Counted from the first letter of the stretch, positions 1 through 14,393 are shown. The stretch: 64,000 nucleotides of DNA from Octopus vulgaris (GCA_951406725.2 OX597817.1:132184001-132248000); one strand, 5' to 3'. The notes: a model not told the origin generated them from the letters alone. Numbers and translations: made by a program.

Positions 1-815
1 GCCACAGGGACTGACATTCAGATAACATTAAATGAGAGGATATAAATATAAAAGGCAACACAAGGCGAAACAAAGGGTTTTCATCGTGTAAACAATAAAT
101 ACATAAAAATTAAACAACGGAAACTCCAAATAGGGGAGGCGCTTTAAGGTCCTCGTGGAAACACCCACAAAAGCCCCGAGTACCTGATCAATAGGGCAAG
201 GGTCCTTCTTTAATTTTTTACAGGTGTATGCTCAGAATTAGTCCTTTCTTCCGACATTCACCCAACGTTTCTGCAAACTTGCTAGAAAGCAACACTTCCC
301 TCTCCACCCTCAGCTTCCCTTTCGAATAAAACTTGAAAAAGTTGATGAAGGCTTGGTCAAAGAGGAAAGTGTCTGACTTTAGCCCTTTCAGACGAGTCCA
401 CTACACTACCTCTTTCGCTACAGCCATCAGACAAATAAAAACTGCCTGCCCCACAAAGGAGGGCAGCGGAGCGACCTTCACTATGGATGTAGCTGATAGT
501 CGCGTCTGTCCTACTCAGCAATACTCGGACACTGGTCGAGGGCGTGTAAAACGGTTTCATCGTTCTGCGGACACCTCGGGCAGGTCTGGCTGACTGTACT
601 ACCCTGCTTGTAAAGTTATCTCGAACAGGCAGTGCCCCTCGGTAGCATTGTCAGGCAAGGGATTTCTGGAAGTTATCCATAGGCCCAGGCCCTAAAGTTC
701 TCCGAAAAAGACCGGTTAGTTGATCTTCATCGACGCCCAGAGTTTCCCCGAGCACGTCGTCGCACTTTCCCTCCACTAGCGCTCTGCAGAGCGCTAGAGT
801 GGAACTACCACCGAC
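1..815 (-). mobile_element. L1/Tx1-like LINE 3' fragment (zf-RVT region + 3' UTR), decayed
   Basis: Minus-strand broken translation ...DNFQKSLA*QCYRGALPVRD...DETVLHALDQC...AKEVV*WTRLKG...KLRVEREVL. Homologous copy at about 61500-62010. Confidence 0.75.
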
Positions 816-3225
816 CACATTCTCTAGAACAATATGTTGTGCAAAACCAAAATTATGGGACCCTAATCATAACGCCAACTTGAACTTCTAACTTGTCGAC
901 TCTTGAGGTCTCTGGGTGAGACTTGAAGTCAACTTGCACAAACACAAACAAAAGCCAAACGTACAGTAACAATAATTGTTACCGAGAAATAAATAAAAAG
1001 GAAAGGTATGACTAAAGGTGCGAATGTGTGTTCTTTGTACAAGTATTTAATTGCAAGACAAACTTCTATTTAAAATCTTGCCCGGACGCTCCTTTAATTG
1101 CATTTATCTATGGTAAGAAGCAGTGTCTTATTCTTTTGTACAGCAGAATATGAAGAAAATATTTTAATAATAGATGCCTCGGGTCGTCGCTGCAATGAAC
1201 ACACTTGACAGCCATCTCTAAATCATATAAATAATATATTTTCACATGTTATATAGAATATCCTTGCAAGAAAATTACTTCCTTGTCTGCCGAAAGTGTT
1301 TGGGCAATATATATGCATACATATATACATACATTTATGTGTGTGTGTGTGTGCGTGTGCAAGAGCGCGCACGCGTGTGTATCTTTATATATTTATATAT
1401 ATACATCTTTATATCTTTATACACACACACGCGCACAACGAGGTTTCATTTATTTACCAAGTTACAAAGTCGTTATTTAGTAGCAACTGGCGAAGTTGCT
1501 ATGGAAATTATTAAGGTTTTGTAAAACCATTTAACATTCTCGGTCAAAACAAGAATATCTAATAACTCAAGAATTTCCAAAGCAAAGTAGAAGCATAAAA
1601 ATGTATTCAGAGATGAAGGGAAAGTATGTAACAGTCTGTTTCATCAGAAACGTCGATACGGTTCGATGGTCTTGAAAGGGCCGGTTGAAGGCATTGCCAA
1701 CTGGGGCAGTAGTCCGGGATTTATATGTTTAGGAGTGGGAGACACATCATGTTTGGAATCTTTCGTACACAACAAGGAGGAAGATATTAAAATAGATAAA
1801 AAAAAACACACAATTTTATTCTTTACGGAGATGTACTTGCATAGATCGTGTGCTGAAACAATAACAATTGCAGCGTAGAAGCCATCTAAAAACCACCACA
1901 AAAACCGTTAGATTCACTTCAACATTTAAATTTAATTTGTCAAAATGCAGCACAGAGTTTTGTCAGTGATTAGGTCGCGGTCTCAAAGCGACGAAAATAC
2001 TTTGACTAATTAAATGTTGAAGTGAATCTAACGGTTTTTGCAGTGTTTTTTTTAAATGGCTTATAAAAACCTTCCACGCTGCAATTGAATTTCTTACACT
2101 TAATAAATTGTAATAAAAACTTTACTTTTTACATTTGCAGTGTAATTAACTCCTTGTTAACTTATCTTTTTAAATTGTACGTATAAGGGCGCCGAAATCC
2201 AGTTTGTTCTGGATATAATATGATTGTATTTGGTTTTTAAATGATGTATAACGGGTCAATTTTATGAACATTGAGAAATAATCTTAACATGTGCAGGGTG
2301 CGACAAAAAACATCCCATTAGCACAAGGTCTGCAATTTCAGGTAAGTCGATTATATCGACCCCAATGTTTAATTGGTACGTATTTTATCGACCCCAAAAG
2401 GATGAAAGATAAAGCTGATCTCGACGGAATTTGAAATCAGACCACAAAAACGGACGAAATGCCGCTAAACATTTTGTCCGTTACGCTAACGATTCTGCCC
2501 GTTCACCACCATTTCAATAAACAATATTGATTTCAAATGTCGGCACAAGGCCAGCAATTTCGAGAGTGCCGAGTTAATCGATTACATCGATTGTAATGTT
2601 AAACAGGTACTTATTTTATCGGCTCAAAATTGACGAACGGCTAAGCCGTCGTCGACGGAATTTAAACTCAGAACGTAAAGACGGAAGAGATATCACTAAG
2701 CATTTCGGCGGGCCTGCTAACGATTCTACCAGCTCGAGGCCGTATACAGGTTGAGAAAATATTTCAGCAATAATCGTTTCGTCTACACCCCAGTCCAAAC
2801 CATGACGAGGACCAAATACAAATGATATAACGTTACATGAAGTTACCATTTTCATCTGCCTAACCCCGCTCGTTAATATTGCATTGAAACTAAAAGAGTG
2901 GGAGGTTTTCTTGGTACACCCTGTAACATATTTCGTTTCGCAATACCTTGACTATGTTTTGTATTAACTTTTCACTTCAGATATTTTCAAAACCTAAAAA
3001 AAAAAAAAAAAGACGTACAAAAACAGCAGGAATTGCCACCATAATACAAAAAAAAAAACTACATCTATAATTTTATTTCGCAATTTATTTCAGATTTATA
3101 ATTAAAACTTTTCTATATAATAAATGTTATTTCGTTTTCTGTATTATAATGTTAATAACATTTATCCTTCCGCTTCTAGCAATCGTATATATAATGCCTC
3201 TAAATAATGACATCTGCTATTTCAG

Positions 3226-3349
3226 GGGTGAAAAAAACCGTTGGTTAAGGGATAACTGCTATATCATCCGTGATCATTTTCGTTCTGGGGTCTGTGCCTG
3301 CCATATGCAAGGAGTTTATGCAATTACAACAGACATGTACAACGATAAT
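3226..3349 (+). CDS. Adhesion GPCR exon: GPS motif (end of GAIN domain)
   Basis: ttcag|...|gtaagt. Translates GEKNRWLRDNCYIIRDHFRSGVCACHMQGVYAITTDMYNDN, a W..C...CxC GPS pattern. Ends in phase 0, matching the next exon. Confidence 0.9.
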
Positions 3350-3594
3350 GTAAGTATTCTTCCATCAAAATTCGTTTCAAATTCTTCGAGAAGATTCCTC
3401 TGACAAGCGTTTTTGATTAATGTCCTGTTTAATTAATAAATTGCTAAAACCGTAATATCTGAGAGGAATGGTTGAGTAACTTGCTGCATCTCATTGATAT
3501 TCGTGACTTTTTTGTTGTTATTGATGTTGTTGTTGTTGCTATCATCTATAGATCTGCATGCTTCATACATATTAGGAGTAACAACAACACCAGA

Positions 3595-3730
3595 AGTATC
3601 ATCATCATCCTCATTACGTCCACCACCACCACCACCACCACCACCACACCGTCATGATCATCGTCATCATCATCATCATCATCATTACCACCACCACCAC
3701 CACCACCACCACCATCATTATCATCATCAT

Positions 3731-3765
<35 letters not shown>

Positions 3766-3975
3766 TCATTACCACTACTACCACCATCACCATCGTCATT
3801 ATCATCATCATCATCATCATCAATCTTCATCATCATTACCACCACCACCACTACCACCACCACCACTACCACCATCATCATCATCATTACCACCACTACC
3901 ACCACCACCACCACCATCATCATCATCATTACTACCACCATCACCACCACCACCACCACCACCATCATCATCATT
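3595..3975. repeat. Compound (CAC/CAT)n microsatellite
   Basis: Seen directly; explains the His/Pro/Thr ORFs. Confidence 0.95.
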
Positions 3976-6677
3976 ATCTTCGCTGTCGTCTTCATTGTCG
4001 CCATGATGATGATTATGACAACGGCGACGACAACGAAAATAGCGAATGATGGCGATGGCCACCACCACTACCACCTCACCCACCGGCTGATCTTCGGGTG
4101 GGGTACCTTTAGCGAAGTCCATTCCGTTGTAAGCATTCGAACCAGTTCCCAGGCCAGGAGTTAACTAGCTCTTGCCCATGCCCACCCATGCTGGAGATCC
4201 TAAGGGGATCGAGGAGAGGCAAGCTTCCCTTTCCTACTTTGATTAAGGCATTAAAAGGCAACTTGTTAAAGGGTGCAGCGGTTATTGTAGTAGCGGTGGA
4301 AGAGTTAGTGAGAGGAGACATACAACATCACATTGGGCAACAGAGAGATGGAGTAGCTCTACATATATTGACAAGTGTAAACGGGAAACGAACCGAGATG
4401 GAATAATGTACGCTAGAGAATACACACACACTCACGCACACACGCACACACACACGCACACATACACACACAACATACACACACACGCGCGCGCACACAC
4501 ACATTCACATTAACTAATTACAGTTATTATAATCGTAATTGATAAAGATTGTGATGAAGAGTAAATTAGCCCTGTCGTCCCCAGCGAATGGTGTCTGGGC
4601 GTTGCTTTTGGCTTTTCTTGTAAAAACAACGCTACTGACGGAATCTATGTCGTCTCCAGTTATCGAACTCACTTCCTAGCACTTCCTATGTAAACCCTTC
4701 GCTTCTTATGGAACATAAACCCTTCACGGCTTTTCTCCACTCTTTTCGACTCTGAGATGTCTTTCTACTTCTTTCCCCATAGATACCCACTTTTCAGCTC
4801 TGTCTCAGAATCCCGCCACCAGCATCCTTTTAGAGCATCCTCTTTTCTACCTCCCTCGTTGGTTCCAGATCGTAGGCTGTTGGCTTCCTTTCGGATTTTT
4901 CCATCTGGCACCATGTTTCCCTAAAGGAAGGATTTGCTCTCTTGGCTCTCATTAGCTTTGAATTGTCATCGATTTTTCTGTAACTTTGCTTCTTTTATTC
5001 TAGGTAGGAGTCTTGGCCCCACGTACACACATTATCTCTAGGAAGAGGTGGCCCATGTTACTTTGCCCTCTATTCTTTGACCTTTGGCCTATATCCTTTG
5101 ATCTTTACAGCATAGAAGATTCTACCAGGAGCTTGCGCTTCGATGGCACAGCTCTCAGAGCCACTGAGGCATACAAACCCCCACATCACACCTAGGACTG
5201 GATCTTGTGTTGGCACTCACGACTACAACTTAATAGAAAATTTGTCAGTTTTACAAAACCGATTTAAAGAATAAATAAATAAATTTGCTTTTTTAAATCT
5301 TGAGGCGGGGTGGGGTGGATTTACAATATAATGAACTAAGCCCGTCGGGTTGAACAACATTATCTGTTTCTCTGTAAGATCTTTGGTGGTGTGGGATATT
5401 CAATTACCAGTCTTTGAGTAATATATTAAAGGAATCTTGGTGAAGGGACAGCGCAGCTTTTTACAGGCCCGGATCCGACATCAACATCGGCAGCAGGGGA
5501 AAATGTCACAACAGCAAAATGCATTCTTAAATTTGGGCCCCTAAATATTTCAAATGGTAATTTACTATAAGTTTCTGGTCGATACAGTAAAAAAGACCAG
5601 CTGCTCGTCAGCACATTACTGTATGTCTATATTAAGTACAGTTACCACGAAGGTGTGTGGCTATATTGCTAGGTCATGAGTTCGATAACCTGCATCACAT
5701 TGTGTCCTTGGACAAGACACTTTGCTCCAGTACACTATCACATTGCTCCAGTACATTCAGCTGGCAAAAAAATGTTTATTACCTGTATTTCAACGGGCCA
5801 ACCTTCTCGCATTCTGTGACACGCTGAATCTCCCGCGTGTCTGTGGAGTGCTCAACCACTTGCACGTTAATTTCACGAGCAGGTTGTTCCGTTGATCAGA
5901 TCGACTGATCGCCATCGTAACCGGCGGAGTGCCAATTTCGTTACCACACACAGGTCTGCGCTCGCTAACACGAGTAAGCGGAAACTCGCAACGGCTTGAA
6001 CGGACAACAGGAGAAATCTCCACAGGAGTTCCCGTCAAGCCAGTTTCCGTTTCCGCCCGTTGGTTCCATGACAATCAAGCTGATCCGGATCACGTCTCCT
6101 ACGTGTCCCCCTACACTTTCCGAAATGTCCTCTTTAGTGGTGGGAATATAAATAAGGACCTTCGACTGACCTTATTCCCTTGGACCGTAGTATATAACTA
6201 TTCGGTCACAAACAAAGAACATGCTGTACATCAGTGGTTTCCAACCTGTTCTGCGCGGACCCCTGGTGGTTCGCAAAGGTAATCCTGGGGGAGTGGGGAT
6301 CCATGAGCTAAATTCAAAATTTCATATATATATGTGTGTGCGTGTATACACATACACACATATATTTATATGTATATATATATATACATGCATATATGTG
6401 CGTGTGTGTATGTGTGTGTGTGTGTGTTTGTGTGTGCGTGTTTGTTTGTGTGTCTGTGTTTGTTCACCACCTCCACCATCGCTTAAAAACCGACGTTGGT
6501 GCTTTTACATAACTTAGCGGTTCGGCAATAGAGAGCGATAGAATAAGTACTAGGCTTACAAAGAAGAAGTACTGGAGGTTGATTTGTTCAACTAAAGGCC
6601 GTGCTCCAGCATGGCCGCAGTCAAACGACTGAAACAAGTAAAATAATAAAAGAATAAAAGAATATATATATATATAT

Positions 6678-6968
<291 letters not shown>

Positions 6969-6996
6969 ATACATATATATATATACATATACATAC

Positions 6997-7071
<75 letters not shown>

Positions 7072-7241
7072 ACGGCGGTGCATCAGCTGAAACTAGAAAG
7101 AAAAAAAAATATATATATATACTAATATAAGATGAAGTGGCAGCATATTAAAACACCTTTAAAGGTTAAAATTATAAACAAGGGCAAAAGAAAAATATTA
7201 TATGGCATAGAAATAATTTTCTTTTGCTCTTGTTTATAAGT

Positions 7242-7318
<77 letters not shown>

Positions 7319-8131
7319 ATGCATGTATATATATATATATATATATTACTCTTGCCATATGAAAAAGGGGTCGTGTGAAAACGCACTGAAATAAAAGGGG
7401 TCCTTGGTAGATAGCCATTAACAAATTAATTTCCCGTTTATCTTACAATCAAGCTTTTCCTTTTGGTTCTGTTCTGAGTTGTTTCCCTTTGCTATTCCTA
7501 GCTTTCTGTCATTTATTCTCCAATGTTTATCTCTTTCATGGAAACTGTGTTTGCTTCTTTCCTCTATAGAACTGTGAAGTCCTCCCTTAATTAAAATGTT
7601 CGTATTCTCTACACTAATTGCATCAATTTTCTTAGTGTATACCATTCACGATCAATGATTATATTAATTTTAACTCATCATTTTTGATTCGCTCTAGCGT
7701 TATAACCCCTCAACATAGAGCACCGCATCACTTCTGCGATCAAATTATTTATAAAACGAAAATATGAAGAAAAAATCCAAAAAAGGTGCGGCGGCAATTT
7801 TTATTCCGAATTATTTTGTGATTTGCTAGTTGTCGCTGCATCGTGGAAGTCGCGCCCCAGCTTTGGAAGTGTAATTCTTAGAACAAAAGAAATAAAAAGC
7901 AAAGAAAAAAAAAAAAAAAAGAAAGTATAGAAAATCACGATTGGGCATTGGTGAGAAAGTAAAAGCTAAATGTTTGCTACCAGGAAACATTGATGGGTAA
8001 ACCAGCGTTGTGCTCATGCCCCACAATGAACGAAATCAACCAACAATAAGAACCTAGCTGGGCGGTTTGCAACTTTCTACTTTAATTGACCTGTGATTTT
8101 GAATAGCAGAGTTGAAGACAATAATTTCCAG

Positions 8132-8232
<101 letters not shown>

Positions 8233-8963
8233 CTCCCTCTCTCTCTCTCTCTCTCTCGCTCTGCAAAAAACTGTGTCATTTTATATTTCTTTATTGCCCA
8301 CAGAGGGTTAAACATAGACGGTTAGGGTTGAGATAGACAAAGGAATTAAGTCGATTACATCGACCCCAGTGCGAAACTGGTACTTTATTTATCGACCCCG
8401 AAAGGATGAAAGGCAAAGTCGACCTCGGCGGAATTTGAACTCAAAACGTAACGGCAGTTAATGAAATACCGCCAAGCATTTCGCCCGGCGTGCTAACTAT
8501 CCTGCCAGCGCGGCGCCTTTGAAATTGCGTTAGTTTTATCAGTTAGCACGAGTTGTTTCCCTTACACCATTAGGTACTTGGTGCATTTTATTCTCGTCTT
8601 TTGTTTCCGTTATAAGACTGTGGCCATGCTGGGGCACCGCCTTAAAGGGGTTAAAGTCAAAGAAATTGACCCCAGGATTTTATTTTGAAGCATGGTACTT
8701 ATTCTATCGTCCATTTCGCTGAATCGCTAAGTTATACGGACATAAACACACAGTCACTTGTTGTCAATCGATAGTTGGGGACAAATGCAGACACACACAT
8801 TAAGACATGCGACAGGCTTCTTTCAGTTTCAGTCTACCAAATCCACTCGCAAGGCTTTGGTTAGCCCGCGGCTATAGTTGAAGTCACCCATGGTGCTACA
8901 CGGTGGGACTGAACCCAAAAACCATGTGGTTGCGAAGTAAACTTCTTACCATACACAGTCATA

Positions 8964-9145
8964 GGCGCATGAGTGGATGTGTGGCAAGTAGCTTGCTTAC
9001 CAACCACATGGTTTCGGGTTCAGTCCTACTGCGTGGCACCTTAGGCAAGTGTCTTCTACTATAGCCTCGGGCCGACTAAAGCCTTGTGAGTGGATTTGGT
9101 AGACGGAAACTGAAAGAAGCCCCTCGTATATATGTGTGTGTGTGT

Positions 9146-9186
<41 letters not shown>

Positions 9187-9392
9187 TCTGTGTTTGTCTC
9201 CCCAACATCACTTGACAACCGATGCTGGTGTGTTTACGTCACCGTAACTTAGTGGTTCGGCAATAGAGACCGATAGAATAAGTACTAGGCTTACAAAGAA
9301 TAAGTCCTGGGGGTCGATTTCCTCGACTAAAGGCGGTGCTCCAGCATGGCCGCAATCAAATGACTGAAACAAGTAAAATAGTAAAGAGTAAA
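8964..9392 (+). mobile_element. SINE family B
   Basis: Full copy. Others at about 8590-8960(-), 19285-19728(+), 25265-25735(+), 58270-58608(-), plus many fragments. Confidence 0.85.
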
Positions 9393-9982
9393 GAAAGCCA
9401 TACCTGCGCTTATGCTGTAGGGAACCATCTTGATACGTGACCGCTCCATAAACCTCCCTAAAAGTCAGTAGATCATATGTGATCAACGGCGCTGCTTTGT
9501 CTGTAAATATTAATCCATTTTGGACAATAGGGACCCGGTTGTGTCATCTTGAAACCTCTTCACATTTAACCCATATAAACATGAAATCAAAGTAGAGTAG
9601 TAGTTTATTTTTTCATCACTGAGTACTGAGATCAAATCCTGGCCTTTCCCCTGCTGTATTTTTTTTCTTCTATCTTAACCACCATATTGATTCGAATAGA
9701 AAGGATATTTCAATGATTGAAGTTTTTTTGTTTTTTTTCGTGGAACACCTTGTCTGCATGCAATACCCAGTTGTATTGTAATATTTTAAAGACTATTATT
9801 TTAGGGGTCATTCCAGTCTTTACAAACTTGAAACTGTAAGGGGAAATGTAGTAATTTATAGGCGCATTAGGAAAGATAAATTTTGAATTTTCAGGGGTTC
9901 TGTTTTGCAACCAAACTCCCCGGAACCGAAAATGAGTGAACGACTCTAGGAGTCCTAGGACTGGAGACATCAATGTTCAGTG

Positions 9983-9986
9983 ATTG

Positions 9987-10018
<32 letters not shown>

Positions 10019-10035
10019 GATTATGATGGTGGTGG

Positions 10036-10100
<65 letters not shown>

Positions 10101-10140
10101 GTGGTGATGATGGTGATGATGGTGATGATGGTGATGATAT
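9983..10140. repeat. (GAT/GGT)n microsatellite
   Basis: Seen directly. Confidence 0.95.
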
Positions 10141-10368
10141 TGTTGTTGACTTTATTCTTGCAGTTTTCTTATTAAAGCAGTTCTTTCAGCTGCCTGATAC
10201 TGGCTACGGGTTTCTTTGAAGTTGTTAATTGCACTTTTAATGATTTGTCGATTACTAATGAGTCTCATTCTTATATGATAATATAAGAATAAAACTCATT
10301 TGTAATCGACAGGTCATTGATAGACTTCACCTGACTGAATTTGTTTTGTTTTGTTTTTTTTTTTGCAG

Positions 10369-10478
10369 TGGGACAAAGGAGAAAAACGGCCTAACTTGAT
10401 GAATGTTGCATCTTACATAGGTTGTTCTGTATCAGCTGCACTTTGCCTTATCTCATTTGGAATGCTTACCTATCTCAG
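10369..10478 (+). CDS. Adhesion GPCR exon: TM1
   Basis: Poly-T tract + gcag|...|gtaaat. WDKGEKRPNLMNVASYIGCSVSAALCLISFGMLTYL(R); YIGCxxS is the typical aGPCR TM1 motif. Phase 0 to 2. Confidence 0.92.
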
Positions 10479-11626
10479 GTAAATTTGATCATTTATTTCA
10501 GCATAAAAAAATTTTTTAATTTTTACTGATCTTTTGAAATGTAATGGTTTTATTTTTATTTATTTCCCCCCCCCCCCCTACGCTACATTTAATACCTCCT
10601 GGAGACTAAGCAGATACATAAAAGTTTCAAAAGAATACAAATAGCTGTCTGTCTTCTCTCCTTCTCCCTTTCCCTTTCATGTTAGTTCGCAGCATCTACT
10701 TTCGCGTCTCTGCTACTGAAGAAGAGATAACCACTTCGAAATGCATTCATCCTACAATCTCTAATGGGCCTTGTGAGTTGACTAGGTGTATTTACGCCTG
10801 TTTGTCTACAGAAAGAAATCTTCTCCTTGACAAAATAAAGCGGATGGCTTTCTCACGGGTTTGAATATGTTTGAAACGTATTTGAACTGGTAACAAGTTT
10901 TTACAAACATAGCTATCCAGCGACAATATAACGAAAATGTGTAGCTTTGCACTTAGAGTCTTGCACCCACAAGCTTTAGATCGTGGGTTTGATTTTCAGA
11001 TCGGGCAGCATGTTGTATACTTAAGGAAGGGAATTTCTTCAACTTACTCCAGGGGCTTATAAAAATAAACTCTGGGCCTGACGTCCTGTTCCAAAGTTGG
11101 TGGAGTCTAATTTGTACGAATTGATCCCAGTAATAAATTTAAAGCCTGGTACCGATTCTATTTATAGTACAGAGACGAAAATACACAAGACCGGACAAAC
11201 ACACACACACACCCACACACCCACACCCACACACCCACACCCACACACACACACACACACACACACAGAGTTTATGTTTAAAATTAAAGTCAAGATAGGA
11301 CACTTTAATATGCATGTATGTATGTATGTATGTATGTATGTATGTATGTATGTATGTATGTATGTGTGTGTGTGTATGTATGTATGTATGTATGTGTGTG
11401 TGTGTGTGTGTGTATTTATATGGTGGTCTTCCACCAAACTCCTCACAAGATTTTATTCGACCCGAGGCTATAGTATAAGACCCCTGACTAAGGTACTACG
11501 CAGTCGAAGTGAACCCAGAATCGTGCGGTTGGGAGATAAATTTCTGAACACACACGCGCACACACACACACGCACACACACACGCGCACACACACACATA
11601 CACACAAACACGCGCGCGCGCACGCA

Positions 11627-11696
<70 letters not shown>

Positions 11697-13534
11697 TACA
11701 CACACCCGAAGACATACACAGACATATTTGGTGAGAAGGCGTGAGACCGGAGATTTGATTCCCTGCGCCGGAGGCTCTTCCACTGAGGTAAATTCTTTAT
11801 ATAAAGGGTGGACTTTGCTTTACGTCAAACTAGAGACTAATGAAGGAAATAGCCAAATCGCATCATTTCTGTCTAAATGTGAACCCCACCTATCATTTAT
11901 GTTCATAGACATTAAGTGGAAGTAGCCACCATCTGCTTCATTACGCTCTATTACAAAATGTTTGCAAGGACGATGAACTGGCAGAATCGTTAGCACGCCA
12001 GACGAAATGCTTGGCGGTATTTTGTCTGCTGCTACGTTCTGAGTTCAAATTCCGCCGGGGTCGATATAATAGATTTAACCCGTTTGTCTGTCCTTGTTTG
12101 TCCTCTCTGTGTTTAGCCCTTTGTGAGTAGTAAAGAAATAGGTATTTCGTCTGTCTTCACGTTCGGGGTTAAAATTCCGCCGAGGTCGACTTTGCCTTTC
12201 ATCCTTTCGGGGTTGATTAAACAAGTACCACTTATGCACAGGGGTCGATGTATTAGACTTAAACATTTTGTCTGTCTTTGTTCGTCCCCTCTATGTTCAG
12301 CTCCTTGTGGAGGAAAAGAAATAAAATTGGATAGTAAATTATTGAGTTATCTTTCTTAGATGAAGAGAACTTACAGAGTCATCTCCCTTGAACCTTTTCC
12401 TATTCTTTCCACATTCGAGAAACGATGTTTGAATTTGAGATGCTTAGAAGATGTAAATCATAAACGGGTTCTTTTCCAAATCTTTTAACTCCCCCCCCCC
12501 CCCCATTTTCTCACTTCTTTCTCACTTTCATTCTTTTCTTCATTCTGTTTCTTTGCTTTTTTTGCCAATTCTCACTCATACATACGTATGTATGCATATG
12601 TACATACATACATACATACATACATAAATACAAACATAAATACACACATGTATGTATGTATGTATGTATATATGTATGTATGTATGTATGTGTGTATGTA
12701 TGCATGCATGTATGTATGTATGTATGTATGTATATATGTATGTATGTATGTATGTATGCATGTATGTATGTATGTATGTATGTATGTATATATGTATGTA
12801 TGTATGTGTGTATGTATGCATGCATGTATGTATGTATGTATGTATATATGTATGTATGTATGTATGTGTGTATGTAGAAATTGTTGTCGGTATGAAAAAT
12901 TATAACGTTGTAAACAAACACGATTTAACATTAATCTGAAGGATTACTCGATACTCATTAATGAAGAATAAGTTAATTAATTGTCAAACGAAAAATGTTG
13001 ACGGTGACGTAGCAGTTTCATTATGCACGTGAGAGTGTGTGTGTGTGTGTGTGTGTGAAAGAGAGAGAGAGAGACAGTGTGTGAGTGTGAGAGAGAGAAA
13101 CAGTGTGTGTGTGAGAGAGAGAGACATGAATGTGTGTGAGTGTGTGTGTGAAAGAGAGAGAGACAGACAGACAGACAGTGAATGTGTGCGTGTGTGTGTG
13201 TGAAAGGGAGAAAGAGACAAACAGTGAATGTGTGCGTGTATGTGTGTGTGTGTGCGCGCGCGCGAGCTAAAGAGAGAATAACATATAAACCGGTGCATTT
13301 AACTGTCATGTCCCCTTCCTGTGGCTATTATCAAATCATCTCCCAAGTGCCTACGGATGCAAGGCAGATGGCATTCTACGATTTATTCAAATTTTCCTTT
13401 TCACAAATACTCATTTCAACATTGCCATATTACGCATCTGCAACTTTATAACTGCATCTCTTTGAAAGAATCTTGAAGAGATTTTGACGTTAATATTCAA
13501 CTAAGACCCGCAATTGGTGCAATGGAAGTTTTGA

Positions 13535-13915
13535 TAAGTCAGGTTAGCGCCGTTGCAGTGCGTTGCTGCAGACCCTGTTTGTTGCTATATTCCCAGGCCC
13601 TCCCGGGTAAGCTATCAAGCAGAATCCCTGTCGGTCTCCATCTCCACAAGATCCCTCCTCATCTGCCCTGGCATTGTGTCATGGGGTCGACTAACTCAAA
13701 TTGCCCACCCAGCCGTATCGTCAGTGAAGACGTTGACCATGGAAAATCGACCAGTGAAGACGTTGACCATGAAAATCGACCAACATGACCAAACACTTTG
13801 AATTGGCGCTCCTCAATCACAGCAGAATGCATTCCCAATTCCTGAGTAGAATCGTTGGTTGGATACAAAATCCGACTAATGCTAACCCGTAATCCTCCGA
13901 ATCATCCAGGTACCA
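13535..13915 (-). mobile_element. RTE-like LINE 3' fragment with internal 30-bp duplication
   Basis: RRITG*H*SDFVSNQR and IEERQFKVFGHVGRF motifs; near-exact 30-bp duplication cagtgaagacgttgaccatg(g/a)aaatcgac. Confidence 0.6.
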
Positions 13916-14032
13916 GTTAGATCTCCCTTTCTGTTACCAAATAACAAAATTTTAGTAAAGTTACCATTTTTGTTTTTCCGTTTTTCTTTTTCTTTCAGAT
14001 TCTATGAATGGGTAAACGCATGTCTTCCGCAT

Positions 14033-14079
<47 letters not shown>

Positions 14080-14293
14080 ATTATTATTATTCAACAGAAA
14101 TAATCCCTCCATATGCCAAGTCCATTCAACAGTTTCTATAACAAACATAATTTTACTTGCGTTGTGAAATCTCCTTTCAAAACTTTACTTTTCGATTTTA
14201 ATTTTCATCTCTTTTTAAACATATTTAATAACAAGTGAAAATATATTCATATAAATTTACACGGTGAAACTTTTTGATTTGTCTTTCCAACAG

Positions 14294-14393
14294 GACATCG
14301 TCCAGCACTGCCGCACTTCACAAAAATCTCTCTTTATGTATTGTTTTTAGTCAAGTTGTCTTCATGGTAGGAATCGATAAATATGACTACAAG
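14294..14393 (+). CDS. Adhesion GPCR exon: ICL1/TM2
   Basis: caacag|...|gtaagt. (R)TSSSTAALHKNLSLCIVFSQVVFMVGIDKYDYK, with the HKNL TM2 motif. Phase 2 to 0. Confidence 0.93.

Noticed and set aside
1648-1756. Hammerhead-like topology on the minus strand (AAAC AUGAUGU...GAACC...GAC GUUU)
   Set aside because: Four core mismatches; cannot be supported without a family consensus.
2745-2925. Small Tc1/mariner MITE (TACAGG...CCTGTA)
   Set aside because: TIR match is too short and imperfect, and there is no second copy in the window.
3494-4049. His/Pro-rich ORFs, one with a hydrophobic signal-like start
   Set aside because: Trinucleotide microsatellite is open in several frames on both strands, the longest ORF has a non-ATG start, and it lies in a GPCR intron.
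7122-7645. Short minus-strand ORFs, possibly a Penelope remnant
   Set aside because: No diagnostic motif recognisable with confidence.
13925-13940. PBS-like TGGTAACAGA on the minus strand
   Set aside because: No adjacent LTR ending in CA; the neighbouring sequence is RTE-like.
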